DNA of 63,953 nt, filler included, from Licmophora abbreviata (taxonomy: Eukaryota): assembly GCA_900291995.1 (NCBI GenBank). It is 10 parts of 10 records of this genome, joined end to end, with 100 filler letters (N's around TTAATTAATTAA, not from the genome) between each part and the next. Parts side by side here need not be neighbours in the genome. Positions count along the whole stretch, not along the records: positions 1 to 21,738 come from OLMU01003396.1; positions 21,839 to 29,339 come from OLMU01003397.1; 8 more parts are not named here. One strand, written 5' to 3'. The notes beneath the pieces are model-generated. The model worked only from the letters and a program-made list of their open reading frames with translations, was not told where the DNA came from and ran no database searches. This document shows positions 12,512 to 24,413 of this stretch, piece after piece (position 1 is the first letter of the stretch; each line of letters begins with the position of its first letter). A program made the position numbers and the translations under genes.

Positions 12512-13710
12512 TTATGCAGTTTCTTCCTCCGTCGTCAGGGTTTCGTTACTCCGTTGCTTTGGCACACCAGTCGTTAATTCATCACAATATTGTCTTTCAA
12601 AGCTCTCCAAGTCGTCCAGGTCGTCGTCCGAGTCGTCGTCGATCTCGTCGCTACCCTTTTCTCCATCCTCTACGGATACTCTTGGGAAGGTCAGAACAAG
12701 GCATATTTGGACGACACCGAGTGCTGCACCCAAACTGTTGGGCGTATATACAAAGGGGTCTCGCACGGCAAAGCCGTATGCAGCCCAGAAGGCCCCGTTG
12801 GCTGTATTGGTCAACATGGTGAGAATATGAATGGAAGCCGAGTTTCGAGCTTTCAGCACAGTCAGGAGAGTCGAGAGTGGGGCTCCGTAAAAGAAGAGGA
12901 GATTGGCGTTGACCAAGAGACCGACAATGAGTTCTCTCGTCGAAGAACTCATAGTATTCGCAAACTGGACCAGTGATATAATGGCCATCCAAATGACCAC
13001 CATTGCGACGACAATGTTCTCGTGAGCTGCAGGTGCCTTCCTTTTTTGAGCCGTCACGTCCAAGACAATCCGTCCGAAATCAACAGCTTTCTGCGATATT
13101 GGACGATCGTCTTGTTTGTCCACCCGCGCTTCCAACCGTCGCTCGCTGCCCTCTTCCAAGTATCGGACGACCGACTGCCGGACTTCGCGAACTCGGAAGT
13201 CTGAGAACTGAAGCTTCGTAGCACATAGATTCAGCCAGTATGCTCAAAACCAGTCCAGGGGCATTGGCAAAAAAAATGTAGAGATTCTGAAGGGAAGTTA
13301 GACATGTAGCAAGACGGGCAGTAACAAAGCAGCGGACTGGAAACGTTCCCGGAAAGAACTCACATTAACGAGCATGGAATACACGATCCAGCCGATGCAG
13401 TTTCCCGTCATAAAGGCGAATGGTGTCACGTTCAAATGCCCAAGGCTTCCTCGTGTGACTGCTTCCTTTACGGACCGGAACGGCGCTGTCGAACAAAGGG
13501 GCGAGTGCAGAGCGTAAGAATGCAGAAAAGTTAACCCCAACAGAGCAATCTCAACTCTTTACTCCATAGTACAAGGAAGAGAGAAGTTAAGTGTGCATAG
13601 CAGACTCGTTAGCAGGTCAACACGAACTCACCCGAAAACATGAGATTCGACAGAAGCATGCCCAAGGCTGGACAAATATGCTCCAGAATAATGTATCTTG
13701 CAGATATCAT
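12512..13710 (-). CDS. SWEET (MtN3/saliva) sugar transporter, paralog 2
   Basis: Exons 13710-13632, 13485-13364 and 13286-12512 with GT-AG introns. Motifs LGHLNVTPF, FYGAPLSTLLTVLKARNSASI, FWAAYG...DPFVYTPNSLG. Tandem paralog of 11075-12139. Confidence 0.88.
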
Positions 13711-14150
13711 TCTCTCTAAATCTTAATCCTTTACACCCAATGCTCCTTGACCTTTTTATGAGACGACAGTAATGGCCCTAGATCCATCAAACAAGCCAGA
13801 AAAATGAACCCCAACCGTGTCGACGACGTGTTCCAAATGTTGTACATTCCGACATCATGTTTTGAGTTTGTGTGGTCATCAGTCTTGCGCGGCGCGCAAA
13901 AATCCATGTTTGTCAGTAGTCAATTTAGTTAAGTAGAGTATGACTAATTATCAGATGCTGTCTGATTTTCAAACCAATTCGGTCGTTGCGAAAAATTGGT
14001 GAACATATTGAACATCATCAATCATCATACATCATCAAGTGTCGACGCTTTTGTGAGGAACGCGATCGTCTTCTTTACTCACTATCCACAGAGCGAGCTC
14101 CTCCTTTCTTCGTCAGGCGTTCGGAGGCGTTGGTAGGACGGATCGTCACT

Positions 14151-17100
14151 ATGTCGATGTCTACATCGCCATTGAAGACGACTGTCAGTACGGCTGACGA
14201 TAAGAGCAAGTATGGGCTGGAATCCCTCGTTGCATGGCTGCGAAGCTTCCCGCAGCTGAAAAACATTCCTGATGAGAACCAAGATCCGGGGGAGTTCATT
14301 GGACAGGAGACAGTCGCAAGGTACGCGAAGTCAACGGGTCGGCGGTTCTGTACTTTGATCAGATTTCTGATTTTATCCTCGTGCTAACGGAGTGGACCGA
14401 CTCTTGCCGTTTCTTTCTACCCTCCACAGCGCCATTCTTCAAGTGGCTTGTGAAGTATTCTCATGCTCCGCGTCATCGGATGAAAACGATAAGACTTGGC
14501 CAGCGATCTTTCGCATCGTCAAAGCCCAGGACCCATCTGTCCTGGAAACGCTCACAGAAACCCGTGTCTCGGAACAGGAACTTCGTCTCGTCCTCGTCTC
14601 GGCCATCTTGTCTCGTGCTGTCACTTGCTCAGATCGACGAAACTATATCAGTCGCATCATGAGCCTCTCGCCGACCGTTCAACAAGTGCTCATGGCAATC
14701 ATCGAAAAGAGTCAACGCAATACTAGAACACCTCAGCGCTCGTCTTCTAGCCAAGTTGCGACAACGCCCAAGAGCAGCGGATCGAGTCAAATAATCCGGC
14801 AGGAAACTTGTACCACCAGCTCTTCCGTAGGCAGGTTGTCTGCTTCGCAGAGTCCTACACGTCCGCGACGAATCGTCAAAGGAACACCGGAACAACGTTC
14901 AGCACTGGAACGACGGCAGGATATGGACGCTCTTCTTTCGTGGCTTGGAACATTTCCCGAACTGACGAGCTTCGGGAAAGAAGATTTACAAGATATCGAG
15001 AACGCAAAGGTTGCTGGGTAAGTGGAAGTCCGTATGCGTCAAGAGGTGTGGACGCTTTTGAGTCTTGCGGCTCACATTTTTTAATCTCTCCAATCCTAGC
15101 GCTATCCTCTCTGTTGTTGAGACTATGAATGGAAAAGGTTCCACCAATGATCATATTGTTCAAGAGAAGGCTATAGCTGTATGGGATAGGATCGAACTAG
15201 CAGTTGCCAAGATGGTCCCCCTTATGCCTCATTCCGTCGGAAGGGCCTTCTGCATGGAGCGTCCCTATTCCATCTTGTCGACTCTGCTTTGCTATTCGGT
15301 ATCCGACTCATGTCCCGAACGAAAGCACTTCATAGGTCGTATTTTGGAGCTTCCACCAGAACACCAGCACCGTTTGATGAAGCTCATTGAGCACGGTAAA
15401 AACTTCATGAGCCCGCTAAGGGAAACACCGAGATTCACCGGACGGCGCGGTGGGGGGACTGAAGTTACGTCACGCCAGAGCACGCCGCCAACCGATCGAT
15501 CCCGAGGTCGAATGGATCTCGTGTTGTCGCCATCGGGCTATACACCTCAGCGGAAGAAGGCCTCATTGGTTCGGACATCGGGTGAAGGCCTTTTCTCACC
15601 GGCCACCATCGACTCATCACTGGAGAGGATGGTGAAAGAATTGCGCAAGCAGAACGGAGTACTTAAGAAGGAGCTGAGCGGTGCACAACAACGAGAAATG
15701 GATCTTGGTGAGAAGATCCAAAGCATGGAGACCAAGTTTCGAAGAGAAACATTCAAGCTGGAGTCGTCTGCATTACGGCGGGAAGAAGATATGCGACAGG
15801 ATCACGAACAAAGAGTGGTCGAGATGCAGCAGGAGCTAAAAGAAATGAAAGATGCGCAAGTGATGGAAGAGCGGGCGCAGCATGAGCTGGCCAGCGTTCG
15901 GGAGGAATTAGAACTTTTCGAGCATACGCAAGCGAAACTGACAGAGACTGAGATGAAGCTTCAAAAGTGCAGGGAGCGCATTGAGGAGCTCGTCGACGCG
16001 AAGGAGGCCTTGCAGCGAGAGGAAGAAGCTCATGGGGCTTCTGTGGAAGAATGTCTTCGCCTTGAGAATGAGTTGAAGGCTCTCCAGCCTCTGCGCCGAC
16101 AGCTTGAGGATTACAAAACTCGGGCCATCGATGCGGAAGTCAAGCTAGCGGAATGTCAAGAGGATTTAAAGCGAAAGGAACAGGAAAGCCTGACGATAAA
16201 CAGCGCCCACAAAGAGCTTCTCAAGGGGGCACGTCTCCAGCAGGATGAGGCGGAGGAGTTACGTCAGCGTCTCTCAAACGAACAGAACGCTGAAAGGGAC
16301 CCCAACGGACACGCCCTCGCGGATGGAATGAGGTAAGAAAGTGTGGAATGACCTTTCTATCCATTTTCATTCTTGATAGAACCTCACAAACGGGTCGTGT
16401 TCTCTGGTGAGATCAGTGAGCTCAATCCGGCCGTCAAGGAAGAAATGCTTCGTCTGCGAAACGACAACATACAGTTGAAGGCGTTTGCGGCAAAGAGAGA
16501 GGATGATTCTGTTCAAAAAATGGAAGAGAGCCTGGACGATGTTCGGCGACTATCAGACAAGTACAAAGAAGAATTTTTTGCTGTGAAGGAGGATCTTGAG
16601 CTTTCTCGCCAAGAGCTCTCTCAGTCCAAGTTGCGTGAATCTGATCTACAATATCAGCTCGCGGGACTGACGAGCAAATTTGAAGAGACGGAAAACGTCG
16701 CGAAGGAGTACAGCGACCGACTTGAGATACAGAAGGACGAGCTTAAGGAGAAGTGCCGCCAATTGACTGAGGCGGAAGAACGCGAGAGGAGCCTCAAAGC
16801 GAATGTCGATGATCTCAATATGACGATTCAAGGCTTGAAGAGTGATGCGCAGAAAAGAACAAAGCATCTTGAATCTACATTATCTGCTCTCGACTCTACC
16901 TCCGCATCTCTTGTTCAGTCCACGGAAGATGTTGCAAGACTCAAGAAGGACATTGCAGAACGAGCTGAGAAGGTCAATGAATCGGAGAAAGCTTGCTCAC
17001 TCTTGCAGACTCAATGCGAGGGGCTTCGACTGACTTTGGCCGAGACCGAAACTCAATTGGAAAGTTCGCGCAAGTGTGAAGCAACTCTCGAACGAGCGAC

Positions 17101-18601
17101 TACCGCTCTGACCGCGCAAGTTGTCGGATTGGAAGGAAAGCTGAAAGAACAATATCATCTTCATGAAGAAGAAATGAAAACAGTAGAAGACAACACAAAC
17201 GACTTGAAACAGAATCTCGAAAAGAAGCTCACGAAAGAAGTAGCAAACATGCAGGCCAGTATGACAGCCGTGCTTGAGAAGGAGCGAGAATCTTACCGTG
17301 AACAGCTGGAAAAAGCAACGAACGACTATCAGCAGCTGAACGAAACCGCAAAGGCAAGCACTGAGGCACAGCGGGAAGAGCTTGAAGAAAGGCTGAGAGT
17401 CACCACTGGGGAATACGAAGGGCAGCTTCGAGTGCTGAATGAAAAGTACGACAAGGATATGGATGATATACGCACCAAGGCGGCGGAAGAGCGCGAGCAG
17501 CTCATAACAAGGGGAAAAGCAATGCTCAAGGACGCGAAAGAACGGGCAGAGGAAGAGATCAATACTCTTGACGACGAGCTCCAAGAAACAATGGGGCTTC
17601 TTGACAAGACTAGGCTCGATTTCACAGATCACCAGGGGCGGACCCGCGAAAAGGTTGCCGCCTACAAGCAGAAGCTTCAGTTTGCGTCAGGGCGAATGAG
17701 TCAGTTGGAGGCTGAGGTAGATGATCTGCAAGAATCAGTGAAAGCGACTGAACGCGAGAAATTCAAGCTCCAAGAGGAGAATGAGAGCTTCCGACGCCAA
17801 CTCGGGGGAAGATTTGGGGCAGATGGCAAAGTACAGAACCAACTGGACATGCTACAGAAGGAGTTCAACGCTGTTCTTGATGAAAACAGACAGCTCAAGA
17901 AGGACATTGCAAACGCTGGGTCGACCTTTGGATCGTCAGAGTCCGAAGGTTCGGCCTATCGTACTCGAGGAAGCACGAGGAATTCAACGTTGTCGCACCT
18001 TCGGAAGGAGTTCGAGGAAACAATTGAGGCGCTGAACGATGAGAAACGCGAACTTGTCATGAAAAACTCAGCTGCCATCACAGATGTGCAAAAGGCAGAG
18101 CAGCGTGCATGGATGCTGGAAAAGGATGTAGCCAGGCTGAAACAGGAAATCACCTCTCTCAATCTATCTCTGCAACGCTCAGAGAGGCTGACTGACGGTA
18201 TGTATGCCGGGCAGGATGAAAGCATGACGCAGGAACACTCGTATCACACGTGCGAAGAGGATGCAAAGGAAAACAATCTCTCAATGACCCAGTCAGCAAA
18301 GGGAACACCGTCGCAGCTTCTGGTTGATATTAGTTCCACTGCGCCACATCCCGTGGCTACGTCGCCTCCCCTGAAATCCATTCTTTCTCCGAGCGCGAAG
18401 GCCAACACACCCTCACACAGATCGAATGAACAGTACACGAATCGAAAGCTCGTGGACGCTTCCGAAATTCGATCCGAGGATGTGGCTCCAAAACGGCGCG
18501 ACTTTGCGTCACAAGAGAAATGTCCCCCATCGCTCATGGACTACGTCAAAGTAGACGGCGACGCTGGGGTCGATGCTCAGCCGGAATGCAAGCAAAGCTA
18601 A
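14151..18601 (+). CDS. Hook/Girdin-like long coiled-coil protein with duplicated N-terminal Hook-like domain
   Basis: Introns 14321-14429, 15018-15099 and 16333-16416 join the ORFs in frame. Hook-like motifs LESLVAWLRSF...YISRIMSLSPTVQQVLMAIIE (repeated) and SELNPAVKEEMLRLRNDNIQLK, followed by an extended heptad-rich region. Confidence 0.7.
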
Positions 18602-18679
18602 TGCTGAGTCCCTTGTAACTATATATTAAAAAAATTCATGTCGACCAGTTTGATGATGAGTTTGGTGGACGGTGTGATT

Positions 18680-20254
18680 CTAAGAACTATTCTTTACCAG
18701 AGTCATATCGTCAACTTCGAGTTCGATTCCCACTTCATTCGCCTTGACAAACTTTGGTCTCCATTCGTAGACAGCCATCCCAAGTCCTCCCTCGGTATAG
18801 CAAGCTTTGACATCATGCTGCCAAAAGAAAAACACCGGACGACCTGCTTCGTCTATTTTGGGCTTGTGGCCATCCCTCATCACTTGCTCGTACAGCTGCT
18901 TCCGAACTTGAGCAACCTCCTCATCTTGCGGACACCCACCGTAGGCAAAAGTCGCCACCTTTCGTTTAGACTGAAACTCGTACTTGGCTCCCGGATACGA
19001 CTCGGGCAAAGTTTCTGGATCCTCACCGGGCAGTGGCAATCCTGTGTTTGCCTGCAGTTCCACCGACAAGGGAATCGTCCATTGCAGTCGACTGGTCTTG
19101 TCATCCTTATTTCGCAACAACTGTACTTGAATAGGACTTGCCGTGACGTATCGCTGCTTCTTTGGTCCCATAGTCTTGATAACAGTGGAAAAGGCATGAT
19201 TCGGAACGGTTTGCGCATTGGCATCTTGTCGACTGCTCCCAGTATCGAGTATGGAAGGTGCATAGACGAGTCGAGGAGGCAGCGTGTACAATTTGTAATT
19301 GCGAAAGAGAGACTTGGATTCCTGCGCAGGCTGCAATTCGGCAGAGGGTGTCATACCGATATGATAGGTATCCCAGAAGCGTGGTAGGATCTGTCCTGCA
19401 ATGATAGACACCAACGAAGAGGACTGATCGAGCGTATCGACTTGCTGAATGATTTGGTGGTTCTTCCATGTGACTTGGGAGGTTCCTGCAATCAAGATAC
19501 GCGGCTCCCAAAAGGTCGGCCAAGACACGGAGAGTTCCCATTGGAAAGTTGCGGAATTCGCTTCCACTGGATTGGAAGATGATGAGGATAGTGCCGCTGC
19601 CGAGACAATGGCAAGATCGACATGGTTGTAGAAGTTCCGTGCGTCTTGAAGCTGTTGGAGCGGTGACTCTTGTTTCTGACTCGCAGAAAAGGGTGATGTC
19701 CACTGCACGGTGGAAGCATAGGAATATTTGAAAGAAGTAGAAGTTTGTTCCTCAGAATCTTGAGGAGGATTCAAGATGGCAATGATCTGTTGTTGCAGTG
19801 ACTCGGCCACATCCCGCGAAGTGGAGTCTGGAAAGGCCTGTGCATCATCAAAGCGAGAATAGACGTCAGGCACTATTGCTGCCTGTTGATCCCGTCCTAA
19901 CAGCAAAACATCGGCTTGTGCCTCGGCCACTGGATCGTAGAGTTCTTCTTTTTGCTTGTTTCCACCGAAGAATTCAGAACCAGCAATCGCAGGCATCTCT
20001 TGATCATCGTCGTCTTGTTCCAATACGACCGCAGTCGCCGCAGCCTTCGACTTGCTGGGCTCGACCGAAAGAGCCGTTGGCGTGAAGGGCGCTGTGACAA
20101 TATTCAGACGATGATAATGGTGATGTGGAGCAGTGATCAGGAAGGCCTCACAAAGAAGAAGAAGACTCATGGAAGAGTATGCTAGTAGTAGTAGCAACAG
20201 CAAGAAGCCCAAGAGCCCAGGGGAACGGCGTGAATCAAGTCGCACCGCAATCAT
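18680..20254 (-). CDS. Plastid-targeted SOUL haem-binding-like protein with N-terminal SnoaL/NTF2-like domain
   Basis: Signal peptide ending CEA|FL (ASAF-type bipartite leader). WELSVSWPTFWEPRILIAGTS..IIQQVD resembles SnoaL/DUF2358. C-terminal RKVATFAYGG...LYEQVMRDG...NEVGIEL resembles SOUL. Confidence 0.6.
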   Translation of the reverse strand: MIAVRLDSRRSPGLLGFLLLLLLLAYSSMSLLLLCEAFLITAPHHHYHRLNIVTAPFTPTALSVEPSKSKAAATAVVLEQDDDDQEMPAIAGSEFFGGNKQKEELYDPVAEAQADVLLLGRDQQAAIVPDVYSRFDDAQAFPDSTSRDVAESLQQQIIAILNPPQDSEEQTSTSFKYSYASTVQWTSPFSASQKQESPLQQLQDARNFYNHVDLAIVSAAALSSSSSNPVEANSATFQWELSVSWPTFWEPRILIAGTSQVTWKNHQIIQQVDTLDQSSSLVSIIAGQILPRFWDTYHIGMTPSAELQPAQESKSLFRNYKLYTLPPRLVYAPSILDTGSSRQDANAQTVPNHAFSTVIKTMGPKKQRYVTASPIQVQLLRNKDDKTSRLQWTIPLSVELQANTGLPLPGEDPETLPESYPGAKYEFQSKRKVATFAYGGCPQDEEVAQVRKQLYEQVMRDGHKPKIDEAGRPVFFFWQHDVKACYTEGGLGMAVYEWRPKFVKANEVGIELEVDDMTLVKNSS

Positions 20255-20494
20255 GCTTCAGTCACTGACTATACTATATCGTCTGCTTGCTCTTATTCTC
20301 GTTGTCTTCGGTGTGATGGTTCTTGAGGAATGTGTTCCTAAACAGCAACGACAAGGACCGGTATGATAGTCTAGACACACTGTGATGTCATACCGGTATC
20401 AAACAAGAGAAACATCAAATTGAACTGACTGTGCTTGCTTCCACGCGTTATCATGCCATCCATCCATCCATCCATCCATTTTCGGACGCATGAC

Positions 20495-20502
20495 TGACGT
20501 CA
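20495..20502. promoter_or_regulatory. TGACGTCA (CRE/bZIP-type) palindrome in the divergent promoter between the SOUL-like and Calx-beta genes
   Basis: Perfect palindrome near the middle of the 20255-20722 intergenic region. Function not demonstrated. Confidence 0.3.
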
Positions 20503-20722
20503 TTTATCAGTGGGCTCGCCTCGCTCGGAAAAAGAAGTTCCTAAAGATTCTTGACAGTTGTCATTAATTTTGGATTTGGATTTGGATTTGTGATGTCAAC
20601 AGAGTTGACGAGAGTGATGAGATGAAGAAAGTGTGAAGTTTAAGTTGTCGTAGAAAACAGAATCGAATCTTAGTCTCCATCATCTACAGCCGTACTACTG
20701 CAGCAAGTCATCATCATCGGAG

Positions 20723-23700
20723 ATGCGTCTGTTCCGCCCCGTTGCCTTGATGGCCATGATCCTTGGGGTGTTTGAGCAGTGTTCCATGGCTAGTGCGGTA
20801 AGTCAAAAGTATAGGAAGTGTGATTGATGAGACTGTGATGATCATGTTTTGTTCTCGCTCATCACACACTTCGTACTCATGAATCACTTCAAATTTAATC
20901 CTCGACGTCATCATCATCACCGATAATCCGAACAGCAAGATGTAAGTGCCATCCTCGGCTTTCCATCGCGTATCATGCATGTACTTTGGAAATTAGAATC
21001 AAGTATGAAATCACTAGAAATTACACTCAATCTTTTGTAAAATGAAAAACCTTCTCCAGGCCCTGTTCGACATTACTAGCCTGGACGTTTCCAAACTCGA
21101 AGGCGACGGTGCTCCCACTACATTCACCTTTTCGGTCGAGAACTGTGTCGAAACCAGTCAGACATTTACTCTCGACTATGCTGTTTCGGGTACAGACGTC
21201 GACGGCGCAGATTTCGCTGGAGGCGTCTTGCCCTCTGGAACACTCAACTTTGGGAGCCTCGAAGGCACCAAGACGTTTACAGTCACTGTCAGTGCTGATA
21301 CTGACATTGAACCTGACGAGACCTTTACAGTGACCATCTTCAATCCTTCGGAAGGTGCAGAGATTGGTGTGTCTACGGCTACTGCAATCATCCTCAACGA
21401 TGATGGTCCTGTAAGTATAGAGTCTTGTAATGACGACTGTCATCTACTCCTCTGTGTCTGTTTCTTGGAAAACATGCATCTCATATGTCTGCATCTATCT
21501 TGTTTATATTAATTACACAGACTACGCTGGCTATTGACAACTTCTTCCTAGCCCAAGAACAAAGCGAAGGCAACAGCGGTACTGTCTCCTTCTTCTTTGA
21601 TGTCAATCGTCGAGGCGACCTCTCTGGCACAACGTCCGTCAACTTCAGCGTTTCGGGAGGCCTCGCCTCTCCGGACGATTTTGGGGGACCTTTCCATCTG
21701 GAATTGTCAATTTTTCAATTGGCGAACTCACCCAGCAANNNNNNNNNNNNNNNNNNNNNNNNNNNNNNNNNNNNNNNNNNNNTTAATTAATTAANNNNNN
21801 NNNNNNNNNNNNNNNNNNNNNNNNNNNNNNNNNNNNNNCAATTTTTCAATTGGCGAACTCACCCAGCAAATTACGGTGGATGTGAAGGGGGATACTCTTG
21901 TCGAGGCAGATGAGACGTTTGTCGTTACCCTCGACACTCCCACCAATGGAGCAACAATTACTACTGCAACTGCCTCAGCTACTATTGCAGATGACGACGG
22001 TCCGGTAAGTGCGGCACTCTTGGGCTCGAGGGAGGATCACCATTCAAATGAATGTACACGAGTCTCATCCGCTTCTGTCTCTAATTTCTTTCCTTTCGGA
22101 TCATGCTCCATGATACTCGAATGCTCAAAACTCCAGCCGAAACTTACTATTGCCGCTAGTGGTTCTCCCAAGCTCGAAGGCGATACCGGTTTCACCTCAT
22201 TTACCTTCATTGTCACTCGGACTGGCAACCTCAGCACCTCAGTCTTTGTCGATTATGATGTTTCTGGAAGCACTGGTCTAGATGCAGCAGACTTCGATGG
22301 TGGGAGCTTGCCCTCTGGGACCGTCAATTTGGCGTGTCCTGGCCAGGCATCCGCGCCCATTACGATTCGTGTGCGTGGGGATACAATTCCCGAAAGCGAC
22401 GAGACATTCACAGTCACACTGAGCAATCCTACAGGTGGTGCAGTGATTATGATTGCAACTGCCACGGGTACCATTCTGGATGACGACGTAAGTGATTGAG
22501 TGGTCGTGCTGCGTGAATGGAATCGTACCATCGTACTCTTGTTATAGGAGTGGTTTTCTCAACGTACTGTTTTGTTCATGCCCATCAGAGAGCTTTTGCT
22601 ATTACTGCCGTCGACTCTTCCCTGGCCGAAGGCGATTCCGGGACTACCACATTCTCCTTTACTGTAACTCGCAGTGGCAACATCTCCGGTACAGCAAGTG
22701 TCGACTATGCCGTTACAGGCTCAAGCGGTCTCGATGGGACAGATTTTGGAGGGAGCTTGCCATCTGGAACGCTCGATTTTGTGGGGGGTGTCGGGTCCAT
22801 GACTATCATGATCGATGTTTCCGGGGACACAGATATTGAAACTGATGAGATATTCACTGTGACGCTAAGCAATCCTAGTGGTGCCACGATTAGCACTGCG
22901 ACAGCCTCGGCTACCATTGTGGATGACGACACTCCGGCAAGTGGTACTTTCACGGCACTTGAGGTTGATCATCGCGATTGTTCGATTTTTTCCTCATTTC
23001 TTTGTGTGTTTCTTCTACTTCCAATCTTGTCACGGATCCTGTTTGAATATTCGTCGATAGCCTGTGCTTACTATCGCAGCTGTTGACTCACCCCAACCCG
23101 AGGGTGATTCGGGGAATACCGCCTTTACCTTTGTTGTCACTCGCACTGGGGACACCAGCGGCACATCGAGTGTCGAGTACGCCGTTACAGGCGGAGGTGG
23201 TCTGGACGGGGCAGATTTCGGTGGGAGCTTGCCATCTGGAATTGTCAATTTTGGCGGTTGGGTTGAGTCCCAGCTTATCACAATTCAAGTTACAGGGGAT
23301 ACCGATATCGAAACCGATGAGACATTTACTGTTATGCTTAGCAATCCTACCGATGCAACGATTGGTACTGCAGCTGCTTCGGCTACTATTACAGATGACG
23401 ACACTTCCGTAAGTGATATATCTGGGAAACGCGGATGTCTATATTCGTCATGCTCTCTAATTTTTGTCGTGTTTGTGTGCCTCCAATCTCACGGCGGGTC
23501 ATTCTTACAGCAACAACCTACCCTTGCTATTGCTTCTGTTGACTCTCCCAAAACTGAAGGCGACACTGGGACAATTATCTTTACGTTCACGGTCACTCGC
23601 AGTGGAGACACCACTGGCGCATCGAGTGTCGATTACGGTGTCACTGGAAGCAGTGGTCTCGAAGGGGAAGATTTCGACGGTGCAACCTTGCCATCTGGAA

Positions 23701-24413
23701 CCGTCGATTTTGCGACTGGCGAGAGCATCCAGACTATCACGATAGCTGTTGCCGGAGATGCCACCCCAGAAACCGACGAGACGTTTACCGTGACGCTCAG
23801 CAATCCCAATGGTGCAACCATATCTACAGGAACGGCCATGGCTACCATTGTGGACGATGACGTTCCCTGCACACGCAGACTGGACTGTATCAATCGTGGT
23901 GATGGCTTTGCATGCGATACAGGAACATGCGTGCCTTGTCTCTCCAATTTCGATTGCCGTTCGAATACCGACAATGAAAAGCGTATCTGCCTGACCTGTG
24001 AGAAAATGGGCATGCCAACGGGATGCACCTCGTCCAACCACAAATGTGTCGACTGCGATTCCAATCGTGCGTGTCAGAACGCGGGGAGGGGACGTGCTTG
24101 TGAAGACAACACGTGTCTTGGTTGCTCATCGAACTGGCAGTGCCGCAACTTCGAAGGTGATGGAGAGGGAGACTTTTGTGTTGCCAACGAGTGTGTTGAA
24201 TGTACGATCAATCGGCACTGCAAGGGATCTGTCGTGGGACGCAATTGTGTAGACAACAAGTGTATTGAATGCACACGTAATTGGCAGTGCCGCAGAAAGA
24301 ATACCATGGAATTTGCTTGTCAGGACTCTACTTGTGTTGGCTGCACGAGTGACTTCCAATGCCAGAACTACGGTGTCGGAGTGACCAGCTGCGTTGGGAA
24401 TGTCTGTATTTGA
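20723..24413 (+). CDS. Secreted protein with six Calx-beta domains and a C-terminal Cys-rich repeat module
   Basis: Signal-peptide exon 20723-20797 (MRLFRPVALMAMILGVFEQCSMASA), possible 6-nt exon 20936-20941, then one Calx-beta domain per exon: 21060-21410, 21521-22004 (spans spacer; one-base shortfall in G-run 21683-87), 22137-22487, 22589-22936, 23061-23408, 23511-. Domain consensus EG..G...FTFTVTR.G..SG..SVDY...DF....SGTV.F....D...E.DETFTVTLSNP...I....A.ATI.DDD. Cys-rich tail ~23868-24410. Confidence 0.85.
21739..21838. other. Artificial contig spacer N44-TTAATTAATTAA-N44 (also 29340-29439, 37916-38015, 39066-39165, 43228-43327, 46150-46249, 47923-48022, 61061-61160, 62745-62844)
   Basis: Identical 100-nt structure nine times. 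The 12-mer places stops in all six frames. Confidence 0.98.

Noticed and set aside
16997..17632. Long antisense ORFs (e.g. 16997-17632, 18638-19387, 31616-32449, 45431-46093, 50079-50738)
   Set aside because: Shadows of well-supported genes on the opposite strand, with no recognisable motifs.
21683..21687. Frameshift in Calx-beta domain 2, considered as programmed frameshifting or pseudogenisation
   Set aside because: One G short in a homopolymer near a contig end. Assembly error is more likely, and similar single-base shortfalls recur in the window.
21739..21838. Repeated TTAATTAATTAA palindrome within N runs (nine copies)
   Set aside because: Synthetic six-frame-stop contig linker, not biological. 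ORFs ending in ...LIN or ...N at these points are artefacts.
21708..21869. 31-bp direct repeat on both sides of the first spacer
   Set aside because: Unmerged contig overlap. Collapsing it restores a single Calx-beta domain.
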